This document shows, in pieces, positions 1 to 8,547 of a DNA stretch of 22,954 nucleotides. The notes below the pieces were generated by a model that worked only from the letters and a program-made list of their open reading frames with translations, was not told the DNA's origin and ran no database searches. The stretch is from an uncultured virus (IMG/VR IMGVR_UViG_3300002066_000001) (Duplodnaviria > Heunggongvirae > Uroviricota > Caudoviricetes). A program made the position numbers and the translations under genes. The stretch lies in the IMG/VR virus record IMGVR_UViG_3300002066_000001. One strand, 5' to 3'. How positions within the stretch are numbered: position 1 is the stretch's first letter; each line of letters begins with the position of its first letter.

Positions 1-60
1 GTTCTCCGTGGTGGCAAGCCAATACTCCTTGTCCCACACAACCTTGATGTCATCGCTCAC
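1..60 (-). CDS. hypothetical protein, N-terminal part only (runs off window)
   Basis: GTG at 60 overlaps the stop of the upstream gene (GTGA); reads MSDDIKVVWDKEYWLATTEN. Confidence 0.55.
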   Translation of the reverse strand, partial: MSDDIKVVWDKEYWLATTEN

Positions 61-341
61 GGCAGTACCGCGATTGCACACGGGCCATTGTACCCTTCTG
101 TGATTCGTACACGAGAACCTAACGAGACCTTATGGAACAGGATAGAGTCTGTCCACACTGTCCACAGAGAACCATCCACCCTGACGACAAGGTGGTACTC
201 GGCTCCGCCGTAGTAGGGGTTCATGTTCATGCTGACTACTGTGCCTTCATAGACAGAAGGTAGATGTTGTTCTGGCAGGTCACAACCACTTGCTATCCCG
301 AGTACGAAGCAGATGATGAGAAGACATACGATGCGTTTCAT
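57..341 (-). CDS. putative lipoprotein
   Basis: MKR + hydrophobic stretch + lipobox-like IASGC; ATGA coupling. Confidence 0.7.
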   Translation of the reverse strand: MKRIVCLLIICFVLGIASGCDLPEQHLPSVYEGTVVSMNMNPYYGGAEYHLVVRVDGSLWTVWTDSILFHKVSLGSRVRITEGYNGPCAIAVLP

Positions 342-751
342 GCTGCTCCTTCCATCATTTTCAGGACGACCTCTCCATAGGCGTCGACAGGATTGACTGC
401 CGAGAACTTGAAGACTATGTTGTCAGAACCGAACGCCCGCACGATGAAACGTGGTTCGTACTTTCCCTTCTCACCTTCAAAGGTTCGCCAATCGACCTCG
501 ACGGTCATTGCCCTGTTCGAGAAGATAGGACTGGTCATCATCCACATCTGCAGCGTGTCGAGACGATAGGCCGCGTACTCTCTTGCTGTAGGAAGGAAGA
601 TGTCCTCGATACCCAAGTGAATACTTCCGTCTGGATACTCAACCCATGAAGCGTCATAACGATACTTAAATCCTGCCTCGTAGAGCCTCAGCGAAACGTC
701 GAATGATGTTATTGGTCTGAGCCGTTCGATAGAAAGTTCTGCGGCTGTCAT
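338..751 (-). CDS. hypothetical phage protein, paralog of 22387..22725
   Basis: SFDVSLRLYEAGF...W, AAY..L..W and DA....VL motifs shared with 22387..22725; ATGA coupling. Confidence 0.7.
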   Translation of the reverse strand: MTAAELSIERLRPITSFDVSLRLYEAGFKYRYDASWVEYPDGSIHLGIEDIFLPTAREYAAYRLDTLQMWMMTSPIFSNRAMTVEVDWRTFEGEKGKYEPRFIVRAFGSDNIVFKFSAVNPVDAYGEVVLKMMEGAA

Positions 752-1104
752 GGCGTTCTCAAAACGACATTGGTGTAGCTCTTCTCGGAGGTTAGCTGGA
801 TGTCATCAACATTGATAACCACAATACGCTTCTCCGGCTGGAAGTACCGCGCCATTCGCGCCTGTGCTACGTCCCACAATGAGCCCTCGGAAGCAGGATT
901 CCACCACACATGAACTTCATCGGCCCACATGATGTCTTGTTCGTGTGCTTCAGTGATGGATAGACCATCTCCGCTTTGATTGGTGTCACGGAACGGGCAA
1001 CGTACTTGATACCCCCTTGTTTCTAGGGCAGCGACATACGACAGAATCCTTGTGCGTTCAACTTCCGTCAGATGACGGACAGGACAGACAATATAGACTC
1101 TCAT
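748..1104 (-). CDS. nucleoside 2-deoxyribosyltransferase-like protein
   Basis: RVYIVCP, LETRGYQVRCPFRD, DIMWADEV, SEGSLWDVAQA follow the NDT pattern. Confidence 0.7.
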   Translation of the reverse strand: MRVYIVCPVRHLTEVERTRILSYVAALETRGYQVRCPFRDTNQSGDGLSITEAHEQDIMWADEVHVWWNPASEGSLWDVAQARMARYFQPEKRIVVINVDDIQLTSEKSYTNVVLRTP

Positions 1105-1262
1105 GGTTGCCTCTTTCTGACTACGACGCCCTCTTCAAGATGGTTGATGATGATTGCCAGTCCGATTGCCACAACGAAGCCAACAACATAGATTGCTGTT
1201 GCAATAGGTTGACCCGCCGCGCCAAGGGAACATAACAAAAGCCAGATTGCTAACCACCACAT
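1101..1262 (-). CDS. small membrane protein (53 aa), not in ORF track
   Basis: MWWLAIWLLLCSLGAAGQPIATAIYVVGFVVAIGLAIIINHLEEGVVVRKRQP; fills the gap exactly with TGATG and ATGA overlaps. Confidence 0.7.
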   Translation of the reverse strand: MWWLAIWLLLCSLGAAGQPIATAIYVVGFVVAIGLAIIINHLEEGVVVRKRQP

Positions 1263-1801
1263 CACAACTCCTTTGGGTCGACGTATTTGAGTTGTTCAGC
1301 AAGTCCATGTCCTTCAACCTCAACAAACTTAACCTTCGGCGACTGACCATACAGTCCGAGATTGAAGGTGAGTCGACGCCATTGTGCGACTGCGTAGTAG
1401 TCTTTTGGCTTCAGACTGACGAACCAGTAGTCTATGAGGTCGAACAGTCCGGGCATGAAGGATTCCGTGAAGTTCGTGTAGATTGCCTTGTGCCACACTT
1501 CGGGGATGTCGTTCATGATGATGCCGACAAGTTCCTTCTGGTATAGCAACGGCTCCCCGCCGCCAAATGCGATGCCATTGTACGGGTGCTCGAGGATGTT
1601 CTTCAAGATAGACTGATACCGGGAGAAGGGGGATTCGTACTCAACCATCAGTTCTTTGTTGAAACAGAAGGGACATTCCAAGTTACAACCTTGGAAGAGC
1701 AGCGTCCCGGAGATACACCCGGGGACTTCTGCTGTCAAATCGACAAACGAGTGGACGCTAGTGTAACTCCTAGAACTTGACAAGTTGATGTGACTGGTCA
1801 T
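1262..1801 (-). CDS. nrdG: anaerobic ribonucleotide reductase activating enzyme (radical SAM)
   Basis: FQGCNLECPFCFNKEL (CxxxCxxC), GGGEPLL, YTN; nrdD nearby. Confidence 0.85.
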   Translation of the reverse strand: MTSHINLSSSRSYTSVHSFVDLTAEVPGCISGTLLFQGCNLECPFCFNKELMVEYESPFSRYQSILKNILEHPYNGIAFGGGEPLLYQKELVGIIMNDIPEVWHKAIYTNFTESFMPGLFDLIDYWFVSLKPKDYYAVAQWRRLTFNLGLYGQSPKVKFVEVEGHGLAEQLKYVDPKEL

Positions 1802-2111
1802 AGAATCCGATTTTCCTCATCGCAGAGACGGGAACCATCTGTTGTTTCCCATACCCAAGGTTGACCGAGTCGGCATTCTCCCAATCAGATTTCGTGCTCT
1901 CGTAGATGTCTCCGGTATCCGATTCTGTGATGCGAACGCGGCGCACGTCGTTCTCTCCGAACTTCTCGACAACGCTGCTCTGGATGCCATAAGCGTTAAA
2001 CTTGAGGAATTTGTGCCGCTGGCTGTTGACCGTCTTGAAGAAGATGCCGTTCTCAACCATTCCGATGACCTTCATTTTTCCCGTCTTGGCGTCTTTTATT
2101 CTTATAATCAT
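1770..2111 (-). CDS. hypothetical phage protein
   Basis: 113 aa, GGAGG RBS, ATGA coupling. Confidence 0.75.
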   Translation of the reverse strand: MIIRIKDAKTGKMKVIGMVENGIFFKTVNSQRHKFLKFNAYGIQSSVVEKFGENDVRRVRITESDTGDIYESTKSDWENADSVNLGYGKQQMVPVSAMRKIGFYDQSHQLVKF

Positions 2112-2557
2112 GCTGCTGCCTCCTTTTTCGTGGCAGGTTTGCCGAAGAACTCGTATCCTTCTGGCAGTTCCTTAATGGTGACTGCCTTTGTTGTCGTTCC
2201 GGCTGTGACCGTGACGTAAGGGTCGGGTTTCACGCCTAAACCCTTGATGATGGCGTCGAAGACTGTCGAGTTGACCGCCTTAATGATACAACCAGCAGCC
2301 CACGGTTCTTTCTCGATAGCGTCGATTTTGTACTCGACTGTTGGTTTGTTCGTGCGGGTCTTCATCGTGACTTCCCACTTGCCAGCCTTCAACTCGTCGA
2401 TGTCTTCGTCCTTCATCGCCTGTTTGAACTGCGACTCGATTTCACTGACTTTTGCCTGAGCCTCGGCGTACAGTTTGATTTCAGGGGCTTTGGCAAGGTC
2501 TTCGACGAGGTATTTCTGGTTCATCCACTGTTCGAACAACGTCTCTGTCTGTCCCAT
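2108..2557 (-). CDS. hypothetical protein with N-terminal coiled coil (loosely Gam/Gp157-like layout)
   Basis: GGGGAG RBS; helical N-half then beta-rich region; family guess is weak. Confidence 0.7.
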   Translation of the reverse strand: MGQTETLFEQWMNQKYLVEDLAKAPEIKLYAEAQAKVSEIESQFKQAMKDEDIDELKAGKWEVTMKTRTNKPTVEYKIDAIEKEPWAAGCIIKAVNSTVFDAIIKGLGVKPDPYVTVTAGTTTKAVTIKELPEGYEFFGKPATKKEAAA

Positions 2558-2569
2558 GCTCTCCCCCTA

Positions 2570-2836
2570 TTACTTCAACTTGTTTGGCGTCGCTTGGTGA
2601 ATCAGTGAGATGACAATCATGTAGAGTCCGACAACCCCCCAGTAGGGAAGCGCGACATGTTTGAGTGACAGGTAAGTCGGCAGGATGACCCACTTCACCC
2701 ACAGGAGTGCAAAGCCGAAGTCGACGAGAAGGGTGACAATGAGACCGATAAGCGCCGTGAAGATGACCTCGAGGGTGTTCGGCTTGTTCAGGTACTTCTC
2801 AAAAGCGTTTGGACTAACATTACTAAAATCAGGCAT
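2570..2836 (-). CDS. membrane protein with 2-3 TM helices
   Basis: AAGGAG RBS before ATG 2836; long hydrophobic segments. Confidence 0.7.
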   Translation of the reverse strand: MPDFSNVSPNAFEKYLNKPNTLEVIFTALIGLIVTLLVDFGFALLWVKWVILPTYLSLKHVALPYWGVVGLYMIVISLIHQATPNKLK

Positions 2837-2856
2837 AGATTCTCCTTTTTCTATGA

Positions 2857-3174
2857 CTAGGTTACGTTCCAAAGTCTAAAAAATTCATCGAGGCTGTGGA
2901 CTACGATGTACAAACCGCCTGCTTCCTTGACTTCTGCTTCGAACTCTTTCTGTGGTGTGCTCTGTCTGCCTATTGGGGATTTTGCCTCGACATACGCGGT
3001 TTTCCCTTTATAGATGACCGTGTAGTCGGCTACGCCTCGCTTGCAGCCTAAACCTTGCTGATTCCGTGCGTAGAACCAACCGTTTTTCTTCCAGTAGACT
3101 CTAAGAGTCTTACAGACATCCTTTTCGAGTATCTTCTTCGGTTCAGAACTATCTGCAGTGACTTTCTTTTTCAC
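2857..3174 (-). CDS. VRR-NUC domain nuclease (resolvase-like)
   Basis: EKD...GVADY...YVEAKSPIGRQSTPQKEF...GG.YIVVHSLDEF. Confidence 0.85.
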   Translation of the reverse strand: MKKKVTADSSEPKKILEKDVCKTLRVYWKKNGWFYARNQQGLGCKRGVADYTVIYKGKTAYVEAKSPIGRQSTPQKEFEAEVKEAGGLYIVVHSLDEFFRLWNVT

Positions 3175-4925
3175 TAGAGACCCTCATCGAAGAAGTGACG
3201 AGCCCTAAACTCTTCCTGTTTCGCATCAGAAAATCCCTTGACGGGTCGCAGGTATCCGACCGGGCGGCTGTAAACCGTAACCTCAGCCCCACAGATGGGA
3301 CACTTTCCCTGCACATCGTCGGGAATCCAACCGTGCTCGGGACAGATACGGATGTTCGGAGTGAAGGTGATGTAGGGAAGCTGGTACTTCTCCTTGATGG
3401 CGAAGATGAGCTTCTCTGTCTGCTTTGGGGTGAACTGGTGTTCGCTAAAGATGTGAAACACAGTTCCACCCGTGTACAGCGGTTGTAGTTTGTTCTGGTT
3501 ATCTAGCGCAGCCCACAGTCCGCCATCGAAAGAAGATGGGAGCAGTGAACTCGCTGTGTAGTAAGGAGTCTCCTTCGTACCGGAGTGTTTGACGTCCAAA
3601 CCAGCCTTGATGTTGCCCCGGGCGCAATAGTGCGCGGCTGTCTCGGCGGGGGTCGCCTCAAGATTGAAGAGGAATCCTGTTTCATCGGTGTAGTCATTCG
3701 TAGTCAGTGCCATGAACTCGAGGACTCTCTTTGCCCAATCGCGCCCGCCCTCCGTGTTGATGCCCTTGCCCGTCTCCATAAGACACGCTTCGTTCATCCC
3801 GACGAGACCAATGGTGCGGAAGTGGTTGCCAAAGTAACTGCCCGTATTACTCTTGATGTCCTGCAGCCAGTATTTGCTGTAAGGATAGAGTCCCTTGTCC
3901 ATGAATCCTTCGAGGATTTTCCCCTTGATAAGCAGGGAATCCCTAGCCAAGTCCATGTAGTGCGCCAAGACATCGAAGAAACTTGAGTGTCCCTTCATCG
4001 CGGACATTGCCGGGAGCGAAATAGTCACAACACCGATGGAACCCGTGAGCGGGAACTTGGCGAAGATACCGCCGCTCCTGAACATCAGAAGTTTTTTCTC
4101 AAGTCTGAGATGACAGCACATCGAGTAGGCGTCATCACTGGTCGCATCCATCATGAAGTAAGGGAGACCATATTTCGCAGTCATCTCCCAAATCTCGGGG
4201 ATATCTACGCGCTGCAGATTCGGAAGAGAATACGTTGGGATAGGAAAGCTGAATGGTTTGCCCCCACCGTCACCCGTCATCATGACCTTGGCAAACGCCT
4301 TGTTAAACCTGTCCATCTCTGGCTGAAAATCGCCGTAAGTGTAGTAGGTCGTATACTTGATGTCGCCTATCATCACCTGTTGAGACGCGAGGCTCTTCGG
4401 CGCGACGAGGTCGAGTTGGAAGTTGAGGAACGGGGGCTGTCCGCTAGCGCGGGTCGGAACATTCAGATTGTAGACGAGCTCTTGGATAGCCTGCTCGAGT
4501 TCCTTGTCCGACATGTTCTCGTAGCGGATGTAGGGCGCGAGTAGGGTGTCGACGTTACTAAACGCCTGTGCGCCTGCAGCCTCGCCCTGTACGGTATACA
4601 GAAAGTTTGCCATCTGCAGAAAAGCGACCCGCAGATGATGCGGCGGTTTTGAACTCAGGAAGTCAGGGTTTCCCCCAAAGCCCTTGGCGAGCAATGCCCG
4701 CAAGTCCCATCCCATACAGTAGGTCGTGACTCTCCCGAGGTTGTGCAGGTAGAGCGCCCCGACGCGATGGGCCTCAGCAATTTCCGATGAATACTGTGAG
4801 AACCACCACCTTGCAGATTCCTTCTCTGCAATCTTTGCTTCCATATCGGAAACGGAAAAAGATGTATTGGAGTTTTGTTTGATTCTCCAGTTCGAATGGT
4901 TGATATAACTTTCAATCTCTGACAT
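3174..4925 (-). CDS. nrdD: class III (anaerobic) ribonucleoside-triphosphate reductase, no ATP cone
   Basis: WRIKQNSN start, GAQAFSNVDT, FSFPIPTY, SMCCHL, LEATPAE, YTGGTVFH, CPEH/CPIC, glycyl-radical loop YSRPVGYLRPV; start ATG 4925 with AAGGGG RBS. Confidence 0.95.
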   Translation of the reverse strand: MSEIESYINHSNWRIKQNSNTSFSVSDMEAKIAEKESARWWFSQYSSEIAEAHRVGALYLHNLGRVTTYCMGWDLRALLAKGFGGNPDFLSSKPPHHLRVAFLQMANFLYTVQGEAAGAQAFSNVDTLLAPYIRYENMSDKELEQAIQELVYNLNVPTRASGQPPFLNFQLDLVAPKSLASQQVMIGDIKYTTYYTYGDFQPEMDRFNKAFAKVMMTGDGGGKPFSFPIPTYSLPNLQRVDIPEIWEMTAKYGLPYFMMDATSDDAYSMCCHLRLEKKLLMFRSGGIFAKFPLTGSIGVVTISLPAMSAMKGHSSFFDVLAHYMDLARDSLLIKGKILEGFMDKGLYPYSKYWLQDIKSNTGSYFGNHFRTIGLVGMNEACLMETGKGINTEGGRDWAKRVLEFMALTTNDYTDETGFLFNLEATPAETAAHYCARGNIKAGLDVKHSGTKETPYYTASSLLPSSFDGGLWAALDNQNKLQPLYTGGTVFHIFSEHQFTPKQTEKLIFAIKEKYQLPYITFTPNIRICPEHGWIPDDVQGKCPICGAEVTVYSRPVGYLRPVKGFSDAKQEEFRARHFFDEGL

Positions 4926-5364
4926 TGAGACCCCTTTCAAGTAGTAATTTCTGTTCCAGTTTTTCGTAGAGCTGTTGTTCCTCAATAGTCCCCGCCTGAT
5001 TGTGCAGGACGAGATGACAGATGGCGCAGACTTGGACAAAGTTGCGCTTGTTGTTGATGAGTTCTGGATGGGTGATACGCCGGAGAAGGTGATGGACATA
5101 TATGGCCGGACGTAGGATGCCCTTGAGCAGACAAAAGAAACAGAACTCATTTTCTTCAAGGTACGCATCGCGGGCTTCTTCATCGAAGTCCCGCGATGCA
5201 CTTTTCTTTGCTATCGTTGGTTCAAACGCTGGATGGTAGTCCGGGTCTTTTTTCGTTTTCGGTGCAAGTATCTTTGGAGCAAACGGAGCTCTGTATTCTC
5301 TAGTCGGGCTCTCCAAGCTTTTCTGTGGTGCTTTCGCTTCCCTTCTTTTCGCTGTTGGCTTCAA
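4912..5364 (-). CDS. HNH endonuclease
   Basis: CFFC...VHH...NFVQVCAICHLVLH. Confidence 0.8.
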   Translation of the reverse strand: MKPTAKRREAKAPQKSLESPTREYRAPFAPKILAPKTKKDPDYHPAFEPTIAKKSASRDFDEEARDAYLEENEFCFFCLLKGILRPAIYVHHLLRRITHPELINNKRNFVQVCAICHLVLHNQAGTIEEQQLYEKLEQKLLLERGLNVRD

Positions 5365-6061
5365 TCAGTTCCTCCGCTTCCTCATACGTCAACAGGCGCA
5401 GACTTCTCTTCCCCTTTGTAAGTTGGATGAAGGTGTGAACCTGCTCTTCTCCATACGTCTTGACGAGGTCTGTGTGCTGTTCCTTCGTCGACCAGTTGAC
5501 ATGCTTTCCGTTAAAAACAAACTCCTCGCCCGTCATAAGTAACTTCTCGACGTCGATGTCATCGATTTCCTTGCGATTGGACAGGGCGTCCATAACGTGT
5601 CCAAAGATGGCGTTTCTATTGATATACCCCTGAGATTCGGGGTCTTTCTTCCTCTCGAACTCTTCCTTGTCCGTGCGTGGCGGCGGGGGACTCTGTGCAG
5701 CGGGCGTTGCCGCAGGTGCAGAAACAGGTGCAGCGGGCGCTGGCATGGGCGGCGGCGGAGTCTGACCGGGAGGTGGCGGAACAGGAGCGCCAGCAGCAGG
5801 AGCAGCAGGAGCGGGAGCAGCGGCACTCGGGTCTTTAGCGATGAGTTTCTCCATCTTGAAGGGGTAATAGCCATTCTTAGTGTCATACTCCTTGAATTCG
5901 CCCACGATGGTGTCTCCGACCGCAGCCTTGCGCCACAGGCCAATCACATATTCCGTTTGATTATCGGGCAAGTAAACCTTCAGGGTGCTGTGGGCCTTCG
6001 TGCCGTACTGGGTCTGGATACCTTCCTGCAACTTGATAACTTCGCGCACCTCTACTATCAT
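5300..6061 (-). CDS. putative ssDNA-binding/recombination protein with Pro/Ala-rich linker
   Basis: beta-rich N-terminal domain (OB-like guess), PAPAAP/PPPP linker, helical acidic C-terminus; next to an exonuclease; function inferred. Confidence 0.5.
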   Translation of the reverse strand: MIVEVREVIKLQEGIQTQYGTKAHSTLKVYLPDNQTEYVIGLWRKAAVGDTIVGEFKEYDTKNGYYPFKMEKLIAKDPSAAAPAPAAPAAGAPVPPPPGQTPPPPMPAPAAPVSAPAATPAAQSPPPPRTDKEEFERKKDPESQGYINRNAIFGHVMDALSNRKEIDDIDVEKLLMTGEEFVFNGKHVNWSTKEQHTDLVKTYGEEQVHTFIQLTKGKRSLRLLTYEEAEELIEANSEKKGSESTTEKLGEPD

Positions 6062-6213
6062 TTCTTCTCCTTTTTGGCGTTGCCAAGGTATTCAATCTTA
6101 AGAAAAACTCCGTATGCAAAAAAGGACGGGTAAATTTCCTCGTATTCGTTATCTTTGATTTCCGCAACAGTCATTTCAAGCCCTTCGTCATCAATAGCGG
6201 TGACTCTAATCAT
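6058..6213 (-). CDS. small hypothetical protein (51 aa)
   Basis: GGGAG RBS before ATG 6213; stop overlaps next ATG. Confidence 0.65.
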   Translation of the reverse strand: MIRVTAIDDEGLEMTVAEIKDNEYEEIYPSFFAYGVFLKIEYLGNAKKEKK

Positions 6214-6244
6214 CTCTCTCCCTTTTATGTTGTTGTACATTAAT

Positions 6245-6272
6245 AGTATAGCATAATGACGTACTTACACAA
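6245..6272 (-). promoter_or_regulatory. sigma70-type promoter with extended -10
   Basis: TTGTGT-N16-TATACT with TGn directly before the -10, in an AT-rich intergenic gap. Confidence 0.65.
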
Positions 6273-6277
6273 GTGTG

Positions 6278-7216
6278 TTAGTGTGATATGTTGACAACGG
6301 GCTCGCCCGCTGCTACCTCTGTCGCGCACGTCTCTTTGAATGCACAGTTTTTGCACATCCAGCCATAGTGGTGAGGAAAAACACCGTCAACAGTCGCCTT
6401 CTTAATCTGCGACAAGATATAGAACGCCTGTGCCTTCCCTTCCTCTAATTCAGCGGCGGTCACGGAAATCATGTTCACCGAGAACTTGCCACCCTTTGTC
6501 AGGTAGATTTCCTCATACACCCCCGACGTCACTTCTGGAAAACCCATCGAGTAGAGGCCGAGTTGCATCGGACTCCTGCTCGAGTGCTTCTTTGTCACAA
6601 ACTTGTGGTCGATAAGACGGTTGTCGTCCGTGATAACGTCGCCTATCCCCGTGAAGTCGTCGCCGTCGACAGTGATGTTGAACTTGTGTTCCACAACCTT
6701 CGGCATGTACGGGAAGTCATAGGAGAATAGACTCGAGCGTATCTTTTCTATCCGGTCGAGCATGTCCTCGAGTGACTCTTGACTCCAATCGACAGGCGAT
6801 GAATCGAAGATGTTTTGCGCGAGACTCTTGGGAGTGAACTCGATACCCGCTTTCTTTGCAAGGAGTTCTGCCGCATACTCGTGGAGAATGATACCGTACA
6901 GCGCAGCAGGAGCCTGTGGCGGTTTCATGTGTTGAATGTAAACCTTCTTGTAAGAGGAAGGACAGATGTCGAACTTACTCAGACGGGTATAACTCCACGG
7001 GCGCTGAACGACAGCCTTCGGTTCCTCTGCCGGGAGAGCCGGAGTTCCTAACGCCGTAAGTGCTTCCGCCTCGAGCTGTACGAGATTCTGCATAAAGTCG
7101 TATCCGTCATTCTGCCCCGCTATGAAATCAGGAAGAGGGCTTTCGTTTCGTTGGTTTATTTGTATGTCCTTTACCCGTGCCACGCGGTCTGCCCCCTTTG
7201 TTCTTTGGCTTTGCAT
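6278..7216 (-). CDS. PD-(D/E)XK Cas4/RecB-like exonuclease
   Basis: WSYTRLSKFDICP, GIILHE, GIGDVI, LIDHK, QLGLY, C-terminal CKNCAFKETC; start uncertain (a downstream GTG is also plausible). Confidence 0.85.
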   Translation of the reverse strand: MQSQRTKGADRVARVKDIQINQRNESPLPDFIAGQNDGYDFMQNLVQLEAEALTALGTPALPAEEPKAVVQRPWSYTRLSKFDICPSSYKKVYIQHMKPPQAPAALYGIILHEYAAELLAKKAGIEFTPKSLAQNIFDSSPVDWSQESLEDMLDRIEKIRSSLFSYDFPYMPKVVEHKFNITVDGDDFTGIGDVITDDNRLIDHKFVTKKHSSRSPMQLGLYSMGFPEVTSGVYEEIYLTKGGKFSVNMISVTAAELEEGKAQAFYILSQIKKATVDGVFPHHYGWMCKNCAFKETCATEVAAGEPVVNISH

Positions 7217-7724
7217 CCCCTTCGATGAGGAGAATGTTGTCCTTCTTCACGTCGAGTATTTCGTCCTTCTCCGTGTCGAGTATTTCGTCCTTCTTCACAC
7301 CGAGTATGAGCCTCTGTTGTTCTTCACCGACTATGGTGTCAATGACACGCTTGGCCGCTTCGACCATCTCTGCGGTCGTCCATTCCCTACCCACCTCTCT
7401 TCCCGCCTGATAGTCACCAATCCCGTTATACGCCCATCCGAACCACCACGCGACGTTACCGTCTGGCGTATACTGCGGGTTGAGCTGCGATGCTTGGTCG
7501 GGAAAACCGCCTAAGTCGAAGAAACACTTCTTGTCTTTGAACATTGGGTCGGTATTGAACACTTCCTCGGACATCTTCACGTTGCAGTAGTAACAGGAGT
7601 GAACGTTCGGGGCGATGTAGACACCCGGGAACCGTCCATAGGAGATGATACGATAATGACACCCAAGATATTCCCCCTGCTCGAGCAACAGCAGGGCGTC
7701 TTTCAGCATGTACCTGTTTTCCAT
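7128..7724 (-). CDS. hypothetical phage protein with 8-aa repeats and basic tail
   Basis: start ATG 7724; WWFGWAYNGIGD core; repeats xxxKDEIL; C-terminal KGGRPRG. Confidence 0.7.
   Translation of the reverse strand: MENRYMLKDALLLLEQGEYLGCHYRIISYGRFPGVYIAPNVHSCYYCNVKMSEEVFNTDPMFKDKKCFFDLGGFPDQASQLNPQYTPDGNVAWWFGWAYNGIGDYQAGREVGREWTTAEMVEAAKRVIDTIVGEEQQRLILGVKKDEILDTEKDEILDVKKDNILLIEGDAKPKNKGGRPRGTGKGHTNKPTKRKPSS
7239..7307. repeat. 24-bp tandem repeat, about 3 copies, in-frame
   Basis: gtccttcttcacgtcgagtatttc / gtccttctccgtgtcgagtatttc / gtccttcttcacaccgagtat. Confidence 0.9.
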
Positions 7725-7725
7725 A

Positions 7726-7929
7726 TCAGTCTTCCCAAGTGACCTCAGCGACGGTGACAAAATTGTCATCTCCTGAGCAGTTATCCTCACATTCGTGCTT
7801 GTTCTCGTAAAGGTAGGCATTACCCCTATCTAAGATTCGGCCTCCATAATCACCCGTGCTGTAAATGGCAACGTATCCTACCTTCTTCTGCGTTGCCCGT
7901 TCTGCGACTTTCTCCTTTATCGCGCTCAT
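7726..7929 (-). CDS. hypothetical protein
   Basis: GGGAG RBS, fits between neighbours. Confidence 0.7.
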   Translation of the reverse strand: MSAIKEKVAERATQKKVGYVAIYSTGDYGGRILDRGNAYLYENKHECEDNCSGDDNFVTVAEVTWED

Positions 7930-7930
7930 G

Positions 7931-8356
7931 TTATTCTCCCGTCGAACCTAGACCGCCGTCCCCACGCTTCGTTTCGCCCAAAATTGGGGTCAGGATAAAA
8001 TCGACCTCTGGCATAACTTCGAAGGTCATCTGTGCGATACGCGCCCCCTTCGTTATGGCCATGTCCTTGTTGCCGCAATTGGCAAGGATGACACAGACCT
8101 CACCCCGGTAGTCACTGTCGATAGTCCCGGGACTGTTCAGGACGAACACTCCATGTTTAGCTGCGAGTCCTGACCTACTCCGTATCTGCGCTTCTGTATT
8201 GGGCTCGAGTTCGAGATGAATGCCCGTCTTGACAACAGACACGCTTCCAGCAGTGAGTGAAATATTCTCGTTGGCACAGAGGTCATATCCCGAGCTTCCG
8301 AGTGTCGCTTTCTTTGGGAAAAGTGCCCCCTCTTCAAGTGAAATCTTTACATTCAT
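7931..8356 (-). CDS. dut: dUTP pyrophosphatase (trimeric type)
   Basis: SGYDL, RSRSGLA, GTIDSDYRGE, RIAQ, RGDGGLGSTG motifs. Confidence 0.97.
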   Translation of the reverse strand: MNVKISLEEGALFPKKATLGSSGYDLCANENISLTAGSVSVVKTGIHLELEPNTEAQIRSRSGLAAKHGVFVLNSPGTIDSDYRGEVCVILANCGNKDMAITKGARIAQMTFEVMPEVDFILTPILGETKRGDGGLGSTGE

Positions 8357-8379
8357 TCGTACTCCTTTTTTCTATTTGG

Positions 8380-8540
8380 GATGGCAAAAATGGTGGGGGT
8401 ATGCCCCGCTAGACTACCGATATTTCCTCAGTTGTTTCCAAAATGGAAAGAGTTGCATACCCTGTGGGGTATATAGTCAAAATGGAGAGCCCCTTGCAGG
8501 GCGACTGTCAAGTCGCTATACCGTAAATCGCGGTTTCTGA
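8380..8540. other. intergenic multi-hairpin element with short repeats
   Basis: several short inverted repeats and three CAAAA(A)TGG copies. Confidence 0.45.
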
Positions 8541-8547
8541 ACGTGGA

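Noticed and set aside
4926..5201. N-terminal extension of NrdD in the ORF track
   Set aside because: Overlaps the HNH gene, is Ser-rich and non-homologous; the RBS supports ATG 4925
8420..8540. Hammerhead-like words (GAAA-stem-GTA and CTGAGGA) on the minus strand
   Set aside because: Stems I and II cannot be formed with the required geometry
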